Notes: generated by a model not told the origin, from the letters alone. Positions 8,718 to 17,424 are shown, counted from the stretch's first letter. The stretch is DNA of 53,111 nucleotides from an uncultured Candidatus Saccharibacteria bacterium (GCA_964479375.1 CAYZKD010000004.1:1-53111); one strand, 5' to 3'. A program made the numbers and translations.

Positions 8718-9485
8718 ATGCTTATGACACAATTAAAAGATAAAGTTGCAGTTGTCACGGGTGCCAGAAGGGGCATGGGCAGAACCCATGCTTTAGCCTT
8801 GGCTGAGGCCGGCGCCAAGGTTATAGTCTCAGACATCAGCGAAGAAGACTGCCAGAAAGTAGTCGAGGAGATTAAAGAGAAAGGAGGGGAGGCTAAAGCA
8901 GTAAAATGCGACGTTACTAAAAAAAATGAGGTGGATAACCTGGTTGAGGCGGCAACCTCGGAGTGGGGGAGGCTGGATATTTTAGTTAATAATGCAGGGA
9001 TAGCAGACTTCAAAAAGTTTCTTGAAATGACAGAAGAAGACTGGGACAAAACCATTGATATTAATTTAAAAGGATATTTTTTATGCAGTCAGGCTGCAGC
9101 AAAAGTGATGGCAGACCAAAAATCGGGTGCCATAGTCAATATTGCTTCCGTGGCTATGGGCCAAGTAGGGGTAGGGTTTGCCAACCTCGCTCATTACTGC
9201 GCCAGTAAAGGAGGAATTGTGGCTATGACAGAGGAATTAGCGGGGGAGTTGGCAGAGTATAATATCCGAGTTAACGCTATTTCCCCGGGCGTTATTGAAA
9301 CGCCCATGATAGATCCTATCAAAGAAGATCCCGAACAGCAAAAAGCAATTTTGGCGAGGGTACCCATGCACAGAGAGGGAAAACCGGAAGAAGTTTCCAA
9401 AGCAGTGCTGTTTTTGGCCTCAGATGACTCTTCTTATGTTACAGGATCTACTCTAGTGGTTGATGGAGGATGGCTTTCTGTTTAA
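8718..9485 (+). CDS. SDR-family oxidoreductase (FabG-like)
   Basis: KVAVVTGARRGMG, NNAG and YCASKGG motifs. The start is ambiguous (TTG 8706, ATG 8718 or 8724). Confidence 0.85.
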   Translation: MLMTQLKDKVAVVTGARRGMGRTHALALAEAGAKVIVSDISEEDCQKVVEEIKEKGGEAKAVKCDVTKKNEVDNLVEAATSEWGRLDILVNNAGIADFKKFLEMTEEDWDKTIDINLKGYFLCSQAAAKVMADQKSGAIVNIASVAMGQVGVGFANLAHYCASKGGIVAMTEELAGELAEYNIRVNAISPGVIETPMIDPIKEDPEQQKAILARVPMHREGKPEEVSKAVLFLASDDSSYVTGSTLVVDGGWLSV

Positions 9486-9499
9486 GGGCGCAGGATTTG

Positions 9500-9546
9500 A
9501 AATATCATTTTCTGATTTCTCAGAGAGATGAGTAGTCAGAACCCTG
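9500..9546. repeat. Short repeat R3, copy 1
   Basis: Shares an exact 20-mer TTCTCAGAGAGATGAGTAGT (9517-9536) plus AACCCTG with the reverse complement of 53063-53111. Confidence 0.7.
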
Positions 9547-9570
9547 TACTCTAAGGGTTCGGAGAATAAA

Positions 9571-9606
9571 AAAGTCCTGTCTTTTGGGCGGGACTTTGAG
9601 TTTTTT
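9571..9606 (+). terminator. Rho-independent terminator
   Basis: AAAGTCC...GGACTTT followed by GAGTTTTTT. Confidence 0.65.
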
Positions 9607-9706
9607 AGATCTTTTTTCGAAAGGCTTGGATTCTCTAGCCTATTGTGGCTACGGTTATAATGAGGCGGTTTAGCGTGAAATGCGTGTATCTGAGGCATTA
9701 TTATTT

Positions 9707-9879
9707 AAGCCATGAAATATGTTGACAGTTAAAATCGTCTGCTTCCTTAAATACTCTTGCCACTTTTCAGTAAAATGTGGGAGGACGGGCCTCCCACAAT
9801 CTGACTAATTTCAGCCAATCATTAACTGATTTATTTTGCAACATGATTTAATGATTTATACTGTAAAGTGTGCCATAGG
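9707..9879. repeat. Intergenic repeat family R1, copy B
   Basis: Aligns end to end with 4592-4767. Hairpin at 9777-9797. Confidence 0.85.
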
Positions 9880-9892
9880 AGAATGAATATTA

Positions 9893-9921
9893 TTGTTTCT
9901 TCGTTTTTAAAGATGTATAAT
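9893..9921 (+). promoter_or_regulatory. Sigma70-like promoter of trxB (TTGTTT-17-TATAAT), 8 nt before the ATG
   Basis: Hexamers read directly. The spacing implies a leaderless or near-leaderless mRNA. Confidence 0.5.
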
Positions 9922-9929
9922 AAAGAAAT

Positions 9930-10850
9930 ATGATTTACGACTTAATTATTATAGGAGGAGGTCCTGCCGGCATGACAGCCGGCATATACGCCGGAAGGCA
10001 GGGAATGAATATTCTTCTCATAACTAAAGGTTTTGGCGGGCACATGGCGGTGAAGGCGGTAGATATTGAAAACTATCCTGGCTTTAAGAGTATTCCAGGA
10101 CAGGATTTGGTTGAGAATTTTAAAGAGCATATGGAGGTTCAAGATATTGAACAAAAAAAGGGAGAGGTTGTGAATGTAGAAAAGGAAGGAAAAGAATTTA
10201 TAGTCACTACCGCCGATAAAGAGAAATTTAAGTCCTATTCTGTAATTGTGGCTTCAGGATCTGACCCTCGTCCTCTGGAGGCGCAAGGGGAGAAGGAATT
10301 TGTTGGCAAGGGGGTAAGTTATTGTGCGATATGTGACGGTCCCATGTTCCGGGACAAGGATGTGGCTGTTGTTGGAGGAGGGAACTCCGGATTTGAGACC
10401 GCAATCTTTTTAGCCAACTATGTTAATAAGATATATGTTTTAGAATATAGCGGGAAAGCCAAGGCAGACAAGGACAACCAAGAGAGGGTGTCTAAAACAG
10501 GAAAATGCGAATTAATAACTAATGCCCAGTTGAAAAAGATAGAAGGGAAGGACTTTGTAGAATCTATTACTTACCAAGATACAAAAACCAAAGAAGAAAA
10601 AGAGATTCCTGTTAAAGGGGTGTTTGTAGAAATTGGATATCAGCCGGCAACCTCTTTTGTTAAGGGGCTTGTCGAGTTCGACGAAAGGGACGAAATCAAG
10701 GTGGAATATGAGACCTGCCGGACCAAGACCCCGGGGCTTTATGCTGTGGGAGACGCCAACTCCGGCAAGTTCAAGCAAATAGTAACTGCAGCAGGCGAGG
10801 GAGCCAAGGCAGCCCTGTCTTCCTATAACTATTTACAGGATATAAAATAA
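9930..10850 (+). CDS. trxB: Thioredoxin-disulfide reductase
   Basis: IIIGGGPAG, redox CAICDG, and GGGNSGFE. Confidence 0.9.
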   Translation: MIYDLIIIGGGPAGMTAGIYAGRQGMNILLITKGFGGHMAVKAVDIENYPGFKSIPGQDLVENFKEHMEVQDIEQKKGEVVNVEKEGKEFIVTTADKEKFKSYSVIVASGSDPRPLEAQGEKEFVGKGVSYCAICDGPMFRDKDVAVVGGGNSGFETAIFLANYVNKIYVLEYSGKAKADKDNQERVSKTGKCELITNAQLKKIEGKDFVESITYQDTKTKEEKEIPVKGVFVEIGYQPATSFVKGLVEFDERDEIKVEYETCRTKTPGLYAVGDANSGKFKQIVTAAGEGAKAALSSYNYLQDIK

Positions 10851-10851
10851 G

Positions 10852-10939
10852 GGCAATTACCCTGACACCCCTGGCTTTAAGAAACCTCTCGGTTTCTTAC
10901 GTCGCTCCCGCTCCTATTTTCCAACACAGGGTAATTGCC
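10852..10939. repeat. Perfect 13-bp inverted repeat GGCAATTACCCTG / CAGGGTAATTGCC enclosing 62 nt
   Basis: Arms at 10852-10864 and 10927-10939. The right arm is part of motif R2. Confidence 0.8.
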
Positions 10940-10947
10940 ATAATTAA
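10924..10947 (+). promoter_or_regulatory. Motif R2 (ACACAGGGTAATTGCCATAATTAA), 6 nt upstream of the eno ATG
   Basis: The same 24-mer (23/24 or better) occurs upstream of pduL and pyrG. Confidence 0.6.
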
Positions 10948-10953
10948 CAAATT

Positions 10954-12147
10954 ATGAAAATGGGGGACAAGATTCAGAAAATTACAGCCCAAGAGGTATT
11001 AAATTCTAGGGGGAGAACAACCGTTAAGGTCAGTTTGGAAACAGAAAGAGGGGTTTTTGCGGCCTCCTCGCCCTCCGGTGCTTCTACCGGAAAGCATGAG
11101 GCAGTAGAAGTTAAAACCCAAACTGCTATTTTTAATATTGAAGAAAAAATTGCTCCTGAGTTGAAGGGAAAAGACGTTGAAGACCAAAAAGGCATAGACG
11201 AATTGTTAATAGGGCTGGATGGATTAGGAGACAAGTCAAACTTGGGAGCGAACGCTATTCTGCCTGTTTCTTTTGCTGTCTGCCGGGCAGGAGCTGCTTC
11301 GGAGAGGAAACCCCTTTACAACTATATAAAAGAGAGCTTTCAGGAAGAGGCTAATCTTAACATCAGTCCCGCTTTCAATATTATTAACGGAGGAGTTCAT
11401 GCGGGGGGCGACTTGGAAATCCAAGAGTTTATGGTGGTTCCCGAAGGAGAAAGCGTTTCAGAAAAAATCAAGACAGGCTCTGCCATATACCAGAATCTAA
11501 AGCAGTTGTTAAAAGAAGCCTACGGGACAAGGGCTGTGAACATTGGAGACGAAGGAGGATTTGTTCCTCCTGTTGCCTCTTCGCAAGAGGCCCTTGATGT
11601 TATCGTGTCTTCTATTAAGAGAACAGGTGCTAAGGCTGCCGTAGCCCTAGACTGCGCGGCCAGCCAGTTTTACAAAAAAGGGAAATACTATTTGCAAGGG
11701 ACGGTTTTTACCAAAGAAGGGCTGCTTTCTTTTTACCAAGAACTTTTAGACAATTATCCTATTATCTCTTTGGAAGACCCCTTTGCAGAGGACGACTGGG
11801 AAGGGTGGCAGATGTTAAAAGATAAAATAGGGGATAGTTGCCTTGTTATAGGGGACGACTTAACCGTTACCAATACAGAGAGGATTAAAAAAGCCAAAGA
11901 CTGTTGTTCGGGCCTTCTTTTAAAGCCCAACCAAATAGGAACCTTGTCTGAGGCAATAGAGGCTTTTGACTTGGCAAAATCTTACAACTGGAGGGTTATG
12001 GTTTCTCATAGATCCGGAGAGACCTGCGATGACTTTATTTCTGATTTGGCTGTGGGAGTAGGGGCAGATTTTATTAAATCAGGAGCCCCAGCCGGAGGAG
12101 AAAGGGTTGCCAAGTATAATCGGTTATTGGAAATAGACAGCCTATGA
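10954..12147 (+). CDS. eno: Enolase (compact, 397 aa)
   Basis: EVLNSRGRTTV and SGASTGKHEA, SHRSGET. Confidence 0.9.
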   Translation: MKMGDKIQKITAQEVLNSRGRTTVKVSLETERGVFAASSPSGASTGKHEAVEVKTQTAIFNIEEKIAPELKGKDVEDQKGIDELLIGLDGLGDKSNLGANAILPVSFAVCRAGAASERKPLYNYIKESFQEEANLNISPAFNIINGGVHAGGDLEIQEFMVVPEGESVSEKIKTGSAIYQNLKQLLKEAYGTRAVNIGDEGGFVPPVASSQEALDVIVSSIKRTGAKAAVALDCAASQFYKKGKYYLQGTVFTKEGLLSFYQELLDNYPIISLEDPFAEDDWEGWQMLKDKIGDSCLVIGDDLTVTNTERIKKAKDCCSGLLLKPNQIGTLSEAIEAFDLAKSYNWRVMVSHRSGETCDDFISDLAVGVGADFIKSGAPAGGERVAKYNRLLEIDSL

Positions 12148-13325
12148 AGAAGATCGTTCTTATGGTGATAGACGGAATGGGGGACAGGCCCGTTTTTTCT
12201 TTGGGAGATAAAACGCCCCTGGGGGCAGCCAATACCCCCAACCTGGATAAGTGGGTCCAAAAGGGAAGTTGCGGCCTGGTAGATACTTTCCAGTTTCCTT
12301 TTGAAAAAAAACCTACCTCAGAGGGCACTCATATTGCTCTTTTGGGACTGAAAGAAAATTTTTTGGGAAGGGGGCCTTATGAGGCAGCGGGATGCGGTAT
12401 GGAATTGAAAGAAGGAGACCTCGCCCTTAGAGCGAACTTTGCCACAGTTGATCAGGATCTGGTTATAAAAGACAGAAGAGCCGGAAGAATTAAAGGAAAA
12501 AAGCCCTTAGTTGAAGCTCTTTCTGGGATTGAAATCGACGGAGTTCAGTTTTTAATCAAAGGCTCTGTCAGCCACAGGGCGGCTCTTGTAATGAGAGGGA
12601 AGGGCCTCTCGGACAAAGTTAAAAAAAACGATCCTAAGCGGCCGGGAGTTAAAGTTGAGGAAGTTAAGCCGACTTCAGAAGAAGGAGAGTTTACTGCCCA
12701 GGCCTTGAATAAGTTTATCGGAAAAGCCCATCAGATTTTAAAAGAGCATTCTTTTAATAAAGAAAGAGAATTTCCTGCCAATTATCTTTTGATCAGAGGC
12801 GCCGGACTCTATAAAAAAGTGAGAGGTTTTAGGGATAAATATGGACTTGGGGGATGCTGTATCGCAGGAGGAGGATTATATAAAGGAGTGGCCAAATTAG
12901 CGGGCATGGATTTAATTGAAGTTAAGGGGGCTACGGGAAGAACCGATACTAATCTCGGGGCCAAATTTAAATCTCTGAACGAGTGCTTAGAGGACTATGA
13001 TTTTATTTTCTGTCACATAAAAGGGACGGATATTTTTGGTCATGACGGAGATTGTGAGGGCAAAAAAGATTTTATAGAAAAAATTGATAAAAACCTTTCT
13101 ATTTTCTCAAAAAATAATAATGTCCTTTGGGCGGTAACCGCAGACCATTCTACTCCTTGTGAACTGAAAGACCATTCGCAGGATCCGACTCCGCTTCTTG
13201 TTTCAGGAAGCATTGTTGATAAGACTTCTTTCTTTTCTGAAAAAGAGTGCGCCAGAGGGGGGCTGGGGGTTATGGGGCAAGAGAGGGTAATGGACAAAAT
13301 TATGCAACTTGCAAAAAAACAATGA
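12144..13325 (+). CDS. apgM: Cofactor-independent phosphoglycerate mutase, archaeal type
   Basis: VLMVIDGMGDRP, TADHSTP, about 390 aa. ATGA overlap with eno. Confidence 0.85.
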   Translation: MKKIVLMVIDGMGDRPVFSLGDKTPLGAANTPNLDKWVQKGSCGLVDTFQFPFEKKPTSEGTHIALLGLKENFLGRGPYEAAGCGMELKEGDLALRANFATVDQDLVIKDRRAGRIKGKKPLVEALSGIEIDGVQFLIKGSVSHRAALVMRGKGLSDKVKKNDPKRPGVKVEEVKPTSEEGEFTAQALNKFIGKAHQILKEHSFNKEREFPANYLLIRGAGLYKKVRGFRDKYGLGGCCIAGGGLYKGVAKLAGMDLIEVKGATGRTDTNLGAKFKSLNECLEDYDFIFCHIKGTDIFGHDGDCEGKKDFIEKIDKNLSIFSKNNNVLWAVTADHSTPCELKDHSQDPTPLLVSGSIVDKTSFFSEKECARGGLGVMGQERVMDKIMQLAKKQ

Positions 13326-13368
13326 TTTGCTAAAATGCCAATCAGTTAAAAAAATAATAAAAAGCACA

Positions 13369-14103
13369 ATGTTCAATAAAAAAATAATTCCAGTAGCCAT
13401 TATTATAGCGGGTGTTCTTGTGGGGGGCGCCTTGGTTTATGCTCAGGCCACAGAATGCAAGGTCGAGGAAGGCCAAGCCAACTATATCTCTGCTGAAGAG
13501 GCAGGGGCTACTATAATAAACTTTGTTAATCAGAATATCTTAGGGGGGCAGACAGAGGCCTCTTTAACGGAAATCACAGAGGATAAGGGGCTTTATAGGA
13601 TGAAGATTACAGTTCAGGGCCGGGAGGTCACCTCTTATGCTACGAGAGATGGCAGCCTGTTTTTCCCTGATTTTTTTGATGTGGCTAACACCCCGCTGGC
13701 GGCCAAAAGCGAAGGGACTACTATTGGCCAGTTCTCTGTATCAGAAGATAGCGTCTGTAAAGAAAACGGGGCGCCCATGGTCTACTTTTTCGGTTCAGAG
13801 AGTTGTCCCCACTGCAGTTGGGAGCATCCCGTTGTTAGAGAAGTGGCAGAGAGTTTCGGAGATGAAATTTCTTTTCATGACAACATGGACGACCAGGAAA
13901 CAGATTTAGAGGTTTTCCAGAGGTATAGTTCCGGAGGAGTGCCTACTTTGGTGGTGGGGTGTAAGTATTACAGGGTGGGCTCCGGAGAAAATGGTGGAGA
14001 AGAGCAGGAAAAAGACAATTTAACAGCCCTTCTTTGTAGTTTAACGGATAACAAGCCTGGTAACGTCTGCGATCAGGTGAAAGACCTGATTGATCAGATA
14101 TAA
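13369..14103 (+). CDS. Membrane-anchored thioredoxin-fold protein (CPHC)
   Basis: N-terminal TM helix and FFGSESCPHCSWEHP. I prefer the start at 13369 because it avoids overlap with apgM. Confidence 0.6.
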   Translation: MFNKKIIPVAIIIAGVLVGGALVYAQATECKVEEGQANYISAEEAGATIINFVNQNILGGQTEASLTEITEDKGLYRMKITVQGREVTSYATRDGSLFFPDFFDVANTPLAAKSEGTTIGQFSVSEDSVCKENGAPMVYFFGSESCPHCSWEHPVVREVAESFGDEISFHDNMDDQETDLEVFQRYSSGGVPTLVVGCKYYRVGSGENGGEEQEKDNLTALLCSLTDNKPGNVCDQVKDLIDQI

Positions 14104-14106
14104 AAT

Positions 14107-14340
14107 ATGATTAAAATTTATTCTACGCCTTCCTGTCCCTACTGTGAGACATTAAAAGAATACTTAACAGAAAAGGGAATAAAATTTGAAGCAGTAGACG
14201 TCTCCCAAGACCCTAAGGCCCTAGAAGAGATGAAAGAGAAGTCCGGTCAGATGGGGGTGCCGGTGGCAGACATCAACGGAGAGATTGTAATAGGCTTTAA
14301 TAAGGGAAAAATCAAAGAATTATTAAATATTCAAGATTAA
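14107..14340 (+). CDS. Glutaredoxin-like protein (CPYC)
   Basis: IKIYSTPSCPYCETLKEYL, 77 aa. Confidence 0.75.
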   Translation: MIKIYSTPSCPYCETLKEYLTEKGIKFEAVDVSQDPKALEEMKEKSGQMGVPVADINGEIVIGFNKGKIKELLNIQD

Positions 14341-14343
14341 TTT

Positions 14344-15348
14344 ATGGTTAAAATTGCAATCAATGGGTTGGGCAGAATAGGCCGCTCTACCTTCAGGCGC
14401 CTAATTGAAGACCCCGAAGTAGAGGTGGCGGCCATTAACGACCTTACAGACAACGAAACCTTGGCCCATTTATTAAAATACGATTCTGTATACGGACGCT
14501 ACGGGAAAGAGATTGAGGCCGACCGAGAGAGTATTGCTGTTGACGGGAAGAAGTTTAAGGTGCTCTCTGAAAAAGATCCTGAAAAACTCCCCTGGAAAGA
14601 TCTGGGAATAGACGTTGTTTTAGAGTGCACAGGCGTCTTCCGGAAGATAGAGGGTGCCAAAAAACATATTACAGCCGGGGCCAAGAAAGTAGTTATTTCA
14701 GCCCCTGGTAAATCAGAAGGAATTCCAAGTTATGTTTTGGGGGTAAATGCAGACAAGTTTGATGCTAAAAAAGATGAAGTTGTGGATATGGGCTCTTGCA
14801 CCACCAATTGTCTGGCTCCCGTGGTCAAGATATTGAACGACAACTTCGGCATAGAAGCCGGCTTTATGACCACTATTCACAGCTATACCACCGATCAAAA
14901 CATATTAGACCTTCCTCATAAAGATTTAAGGCGGGCTAGAGCCGCTGCTCTAAATATGGTACCCACTACTACCGGGGCTGCTAAAGCCATAGGCCAAGTT
15001 ATTCCGGAGGTGGAAGGAAAATTAGGCGGAATTGCAGTAAGGGTTCCTACTCCCACCGTTTCTCTGCTTGATCTGGCAGCAACTCTTAGGAAACCGGTTT
15101 CGGCAGAAGAGATAAATAATTCTTTTACAGAGGCGGCAAAATCCGATAATTTCAAAGGCATATTTCGAGTAGAAGAAGACCCTCTTGTTTCCCAAGATTA
15201 TGTAGGAGATTCTTATTCCTCTGTTGTGGATCTTCCTCAGACAAAAGCAAAAGGAAATCTAGTTAAAGTAGTGGCCTGGTATGATAATGAATTCGGCTAT
15301 TCCTGCAGGTTAGCAGAATTTGTTTCTTATATAGCCCAGAGACTGTAA
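14344..15348 (+). CDS. gap: Type I glyceraldehyde-3-phosphate dehydrogenase
   Basis: INGLGRIGR and the SCTTNCLAP active site. Confidence 0.92.
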   Translation: MVKIAINGLGRIGRSTFRRLIEDPEVEVAAINDLTDNETLAHLLKYDSVYGRYGKEIEADRESIAVDGKKFKVLSEKDPEKLPWKDLGIDVVLECTGVFRKIEGAKKHITAGAKKVVISAPGKSEGIPSYVLGVNADKFDAKKDEVVDMGSCTTNCLAPVVKILNDNFGIEAGFMTTIHSYTTDQNILDLPHKDLRRARAAALNMVPTTTGAAKAIGQVIPEVEGKLGGIAVRVPTPTVSLLDLAATLRKPVSAEEINNSFTEAAKSDNFKGIFRVEEDPLVSQDYVGDSYSSVVDLPQTKAKGNLVKVVAWYDNEFGYSCRLAEFVSYIAQRL

Positions 15349-15361
15349 ATATTTCTTCTAT

Positions 15362-15393
15362 AAAAAACCCCGTAGATTTTTCCACGGGGTTTT
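15362..15393. terminator. Bidirectional terminator hairpin (A-run / CCCCGT...ACGGGG / T-run)
   Basis: It serves gap on the + strand and sits 1 nt after the 3' end of the minus-strand ncRNA. Confidence 0.75.
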
Positions 15394-15737
15394 GTCATTG
15401 GCGGTAGCCTAGCCAGACCCTCGGGATCGGGGAATTCAGCCCTTGTCTCCCGTTCATAGCGGGACTAGAGGTTTTCCCATCAGATCTCTTTGCCGGGGAT
15501 CTTTGTCTGCCCAGGAGACGAGGGGCGGCTACTCCCGGCTACTCCGATAAGATTTCCAGTCAGCCGACACTGACCGTAAGCGCCTTAGGCAGGAAAACCT
15601 CAGGCTGCAGACTGCTGGCAGTTGGGCAACGCACCCATGGACTGCCTGACATTTAGCAGAGCTGCCTTTGCTAGGAGGGGCGAAGGGAATTGTCCCGATA
15701 TTCCTACTTCTGCCACCAATGACACAAAGAGCTACTT
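15394..15737 (-). ncRNA. rnpB: Structured ~330-nt RNA, best guess RNase P RNA
   Basis: GC-rich non-coding block closed by an 11-bp terminal helix. On the minus strand this reads GTCATTGGTGG/CCGCCAATGAC with a G:U that would be a C:A mismatch on the plus strand. There is a P4-like pairing CAG(U)CC / GGCUG with a bulged U, and an ACAAGGGCUGAAU 3' element. A minus-strand TTGACA-16-TAAAAT promoter lies upstream and a terminator downstream. Confidence 0.45.
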
Positions 15738-15743
15738 TTATTT

Positions 15744-15771
15744 ATTTTACAAATCTTTATTTTTTTGTCAA
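15744..15771 (-). promoter_or_regulatory. Near-consensus sigma70 promoter (TTGACA-16-TAAAAT) on the minus strand driving the ncRNA
   Basis: The plus strand shows ATTTTA (15744-15749) and TGTCAA (15766-15771). Confidence 0.6.
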
Positions 15772-15826
15772 ATTCTCTTTATTATTTCTTCCAAAAGAGT
15801 TATAATAAGGAAAGTTAAACTTTCCT

Positions 15827-15850
15827 ACACAGGGTAATCGCCATAATTAA
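15827..15850 (+). promoter_or_regulatory. Motif R2 copy (ACACAGGGTAATCGCCATAATTAA), 9 nt upstream of the pduL ATG
   Basis: 23/24 identical to the eno copy. Confidence 0.6.
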
Positions 15851-15859
15851 GAAATAATT

Positions 15860-16429
15860 ATGAAAAAAGTTTTAGTCGAAGTCTCTGCTAGGCACATCCA
15901 TTTATCCCAAGATCATTTAGAGAAACTCTTCGGGGAAGGGTATGAATTAACAAAACTAAAAGATCTTAGCCAGCCCCATGACTTTGCTGCGAAAGAAACA
16001 GTAGAGATAAAGGTGGGCTCTTGCGTTTTTTCTGAAGTAAGGATAGTGGGCCCGGTAAGAGAGAGAACTCAGGCGGAGTTTTCCACTACAGATATTATCA
16101 GTTGCGGGGTGAAGCCGGAAATAAGAGAATCGGGGAGATTGGAGGGCTCTTGTAGCGCCGTGTTAAAAGGGCCCGCCGGAGAGGTAAGCCTTAAAGAAGG
16201 GGTAATTGTGCCCCAAAGACACCTTCACGCAAGCCCCGAAGAGGCAAGGGGATGGGGCCTGAAAGACGGAGACCTTGTTTCTTTGAGGGTAGAGGGCAAG
16301 AGAGGCCTTACTTTTTATAATGTGAAAGTGAGGGTTGATAAAGATTACAGAATGGCGGCTCAAATAGACACAGACGAGGGCAATGCAGCAGGGATTAGTA
16401 AAAAAGGAGAAGGAAAAATTGAAATATGA
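15860..16429 (+). CDS. pduL: PduL-type phosphate acyltransferase (phosphotransacetylase function inferred)
   Basis: VEVSARHIHLSQDHLEKLFG, VRIVGPVR, and a second RHLH repeat. Confidence 0.8.
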   Translation: MKKVLVEVSARHIHLSQDHLEKLFGEGYELTKLKDLSQPHDFAAKETVEIKVGSCVFSEVRIVGPVRERTQAEFSTTDIISCGVKPEIRESGRLEGSCSAVLKGPAGEVSLKEGVIVPQRHLHASPEEARGWGLKDGDLVSLRVEGKRGLTFYNVKVRVDKDYRMAAQIDTDEGNAAGISKKGEGKIEI

Positions 16430-17424
16430 TATTAGTCCTGAACTGCGGAAGCCAATCAATAAAATGGGCTCTTTACGATAAAGGGTTAAAGCGGATAAAA
16501 GGCGGAGAGAGAAAGGTTTCTGGTGCCAGCCAGTATAAGGAATTTTTAATAAAAGAACTTTCTAAATTAAAAGACTATAGGGGAAAGATTGAAAAAGTGG
16601 GACATAGGTTTGTCCACGGGGGAGGGAATTTCAGAAAGCCTCTGGAAATTAATTCCCAGAGAATAAAAAAATTAGAGAGACTTAATCACTTGGCTCCGAT
16701 TCATAACCCCTATAACCTTTTGGGAATTAGGGCGAGCCAGAAAATGTTTTTTGAAGCCAAACAATTTGTAGTTTTTGACACCGGATTTTACAAAGATCTT
16801 TTAAAAGTTAGCAGAACTTATCCCTTGCCTCAAAGTTTTGGCTTTCAGAAATTTGGTTTTCATGGAATTTCCCACGAGTATGCAGCTCAAAAAGCAGCCG
16901 GCAGAGAACTTAATAAGTTAAAAATAATAACCTGCCATCTGGGCGGAGGATCCAGCGTTGCCGCAATTGATAAAGGAAAAGCAATTGATACTTCTATGGG
17001 GCTTACTCCTCTAGGAGGAGTAGTGATGATGACTAGGCCCGGAGATCTAGACCCCGGGTTGGTTCTGGAAATGGTTAGAACCAAAGGCCTAAAAAGGGCA
17101 AAGGAAATACTTAACAATCATTCAGGAATAAAAGGAGTTTGCGGAGAAAGAGATATGCTTAAGGTTTTGAAAAAGATAAAAAAAGGAGACAAAAAAGCAA
17201 AATTGGCTTTGGATGTCTTTGTTTATTCTATCCAAAAATATATAGGATCTTTCTGTGCTCTTTTAGACAGATGCGATCTTTTGGTTTTTACGGGCACCAT
17301 TGGCTGGGGATCTGCCAAAATCAGACAAAGAATATCTAATATTAGCATATTGGCGAACACAAAGGTCTTAAAAGTAAAGCCCGAAGAGGAACGGGCTATT
17401 GCTGATAAAATTAAAAATACATAA
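16426..17424 (+). CDS. ackA: Acetate kinase (compact, 332 aa)
   Basis: ILVLNCGSQSIKWALY, HRFVHGG, GFHGISH, and CHLGGGSSV. Confidence 0.85.
   Translation: MILVLNCGSQSIKWALYDKGLKRIKGGERKVSGASQYKEFLIKELSKLKDYRGKIEKVGHRFVHGGGNFRKPLEINSQRIKKLERLNHLAPIHNPYNLLGIRASQKMFFEAKQFVVFDTGFYKDLLKVSRTYPLPQSFGFQKFGFHGISHEYAAQKAAGRELNKLKIITCHLGGGSSVAAIDKGKAIDTSMGLTPLGGVVMMTRPGDLDPGLVLEMVRTKGLKRAKEILNNHSGIKGVCGERDMLKVLKKIKKGDKKAKLALDVFVYSIQKYIGSFCALLDRCDLLVFTGTIGWGSAKIRQRISNISILANTKVLKVKPEEERAIADKIKNT

Noticed and set aside
10924-10947. CAGGGTAAT as an I-SceI-like homing endonuclease site
   Set aside because: Only 9 nt of the 18-nt site match. The motif's fixed position before start codons points to a promoter or leader role.
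15394-15723. tmRNA on the plus strand (the sequence ends ...CTTCTGCC-A-CCA)
   Set aside because: There is no T-loop (TTCGA/TTCAA) before the would-be acceptor strand and no G3:U70. The alanine-rich tag-like codons lie far too 3'. The terminal helix has a C:A mismatch on this strand, whereas the promoter and terminator fit the minus strand.
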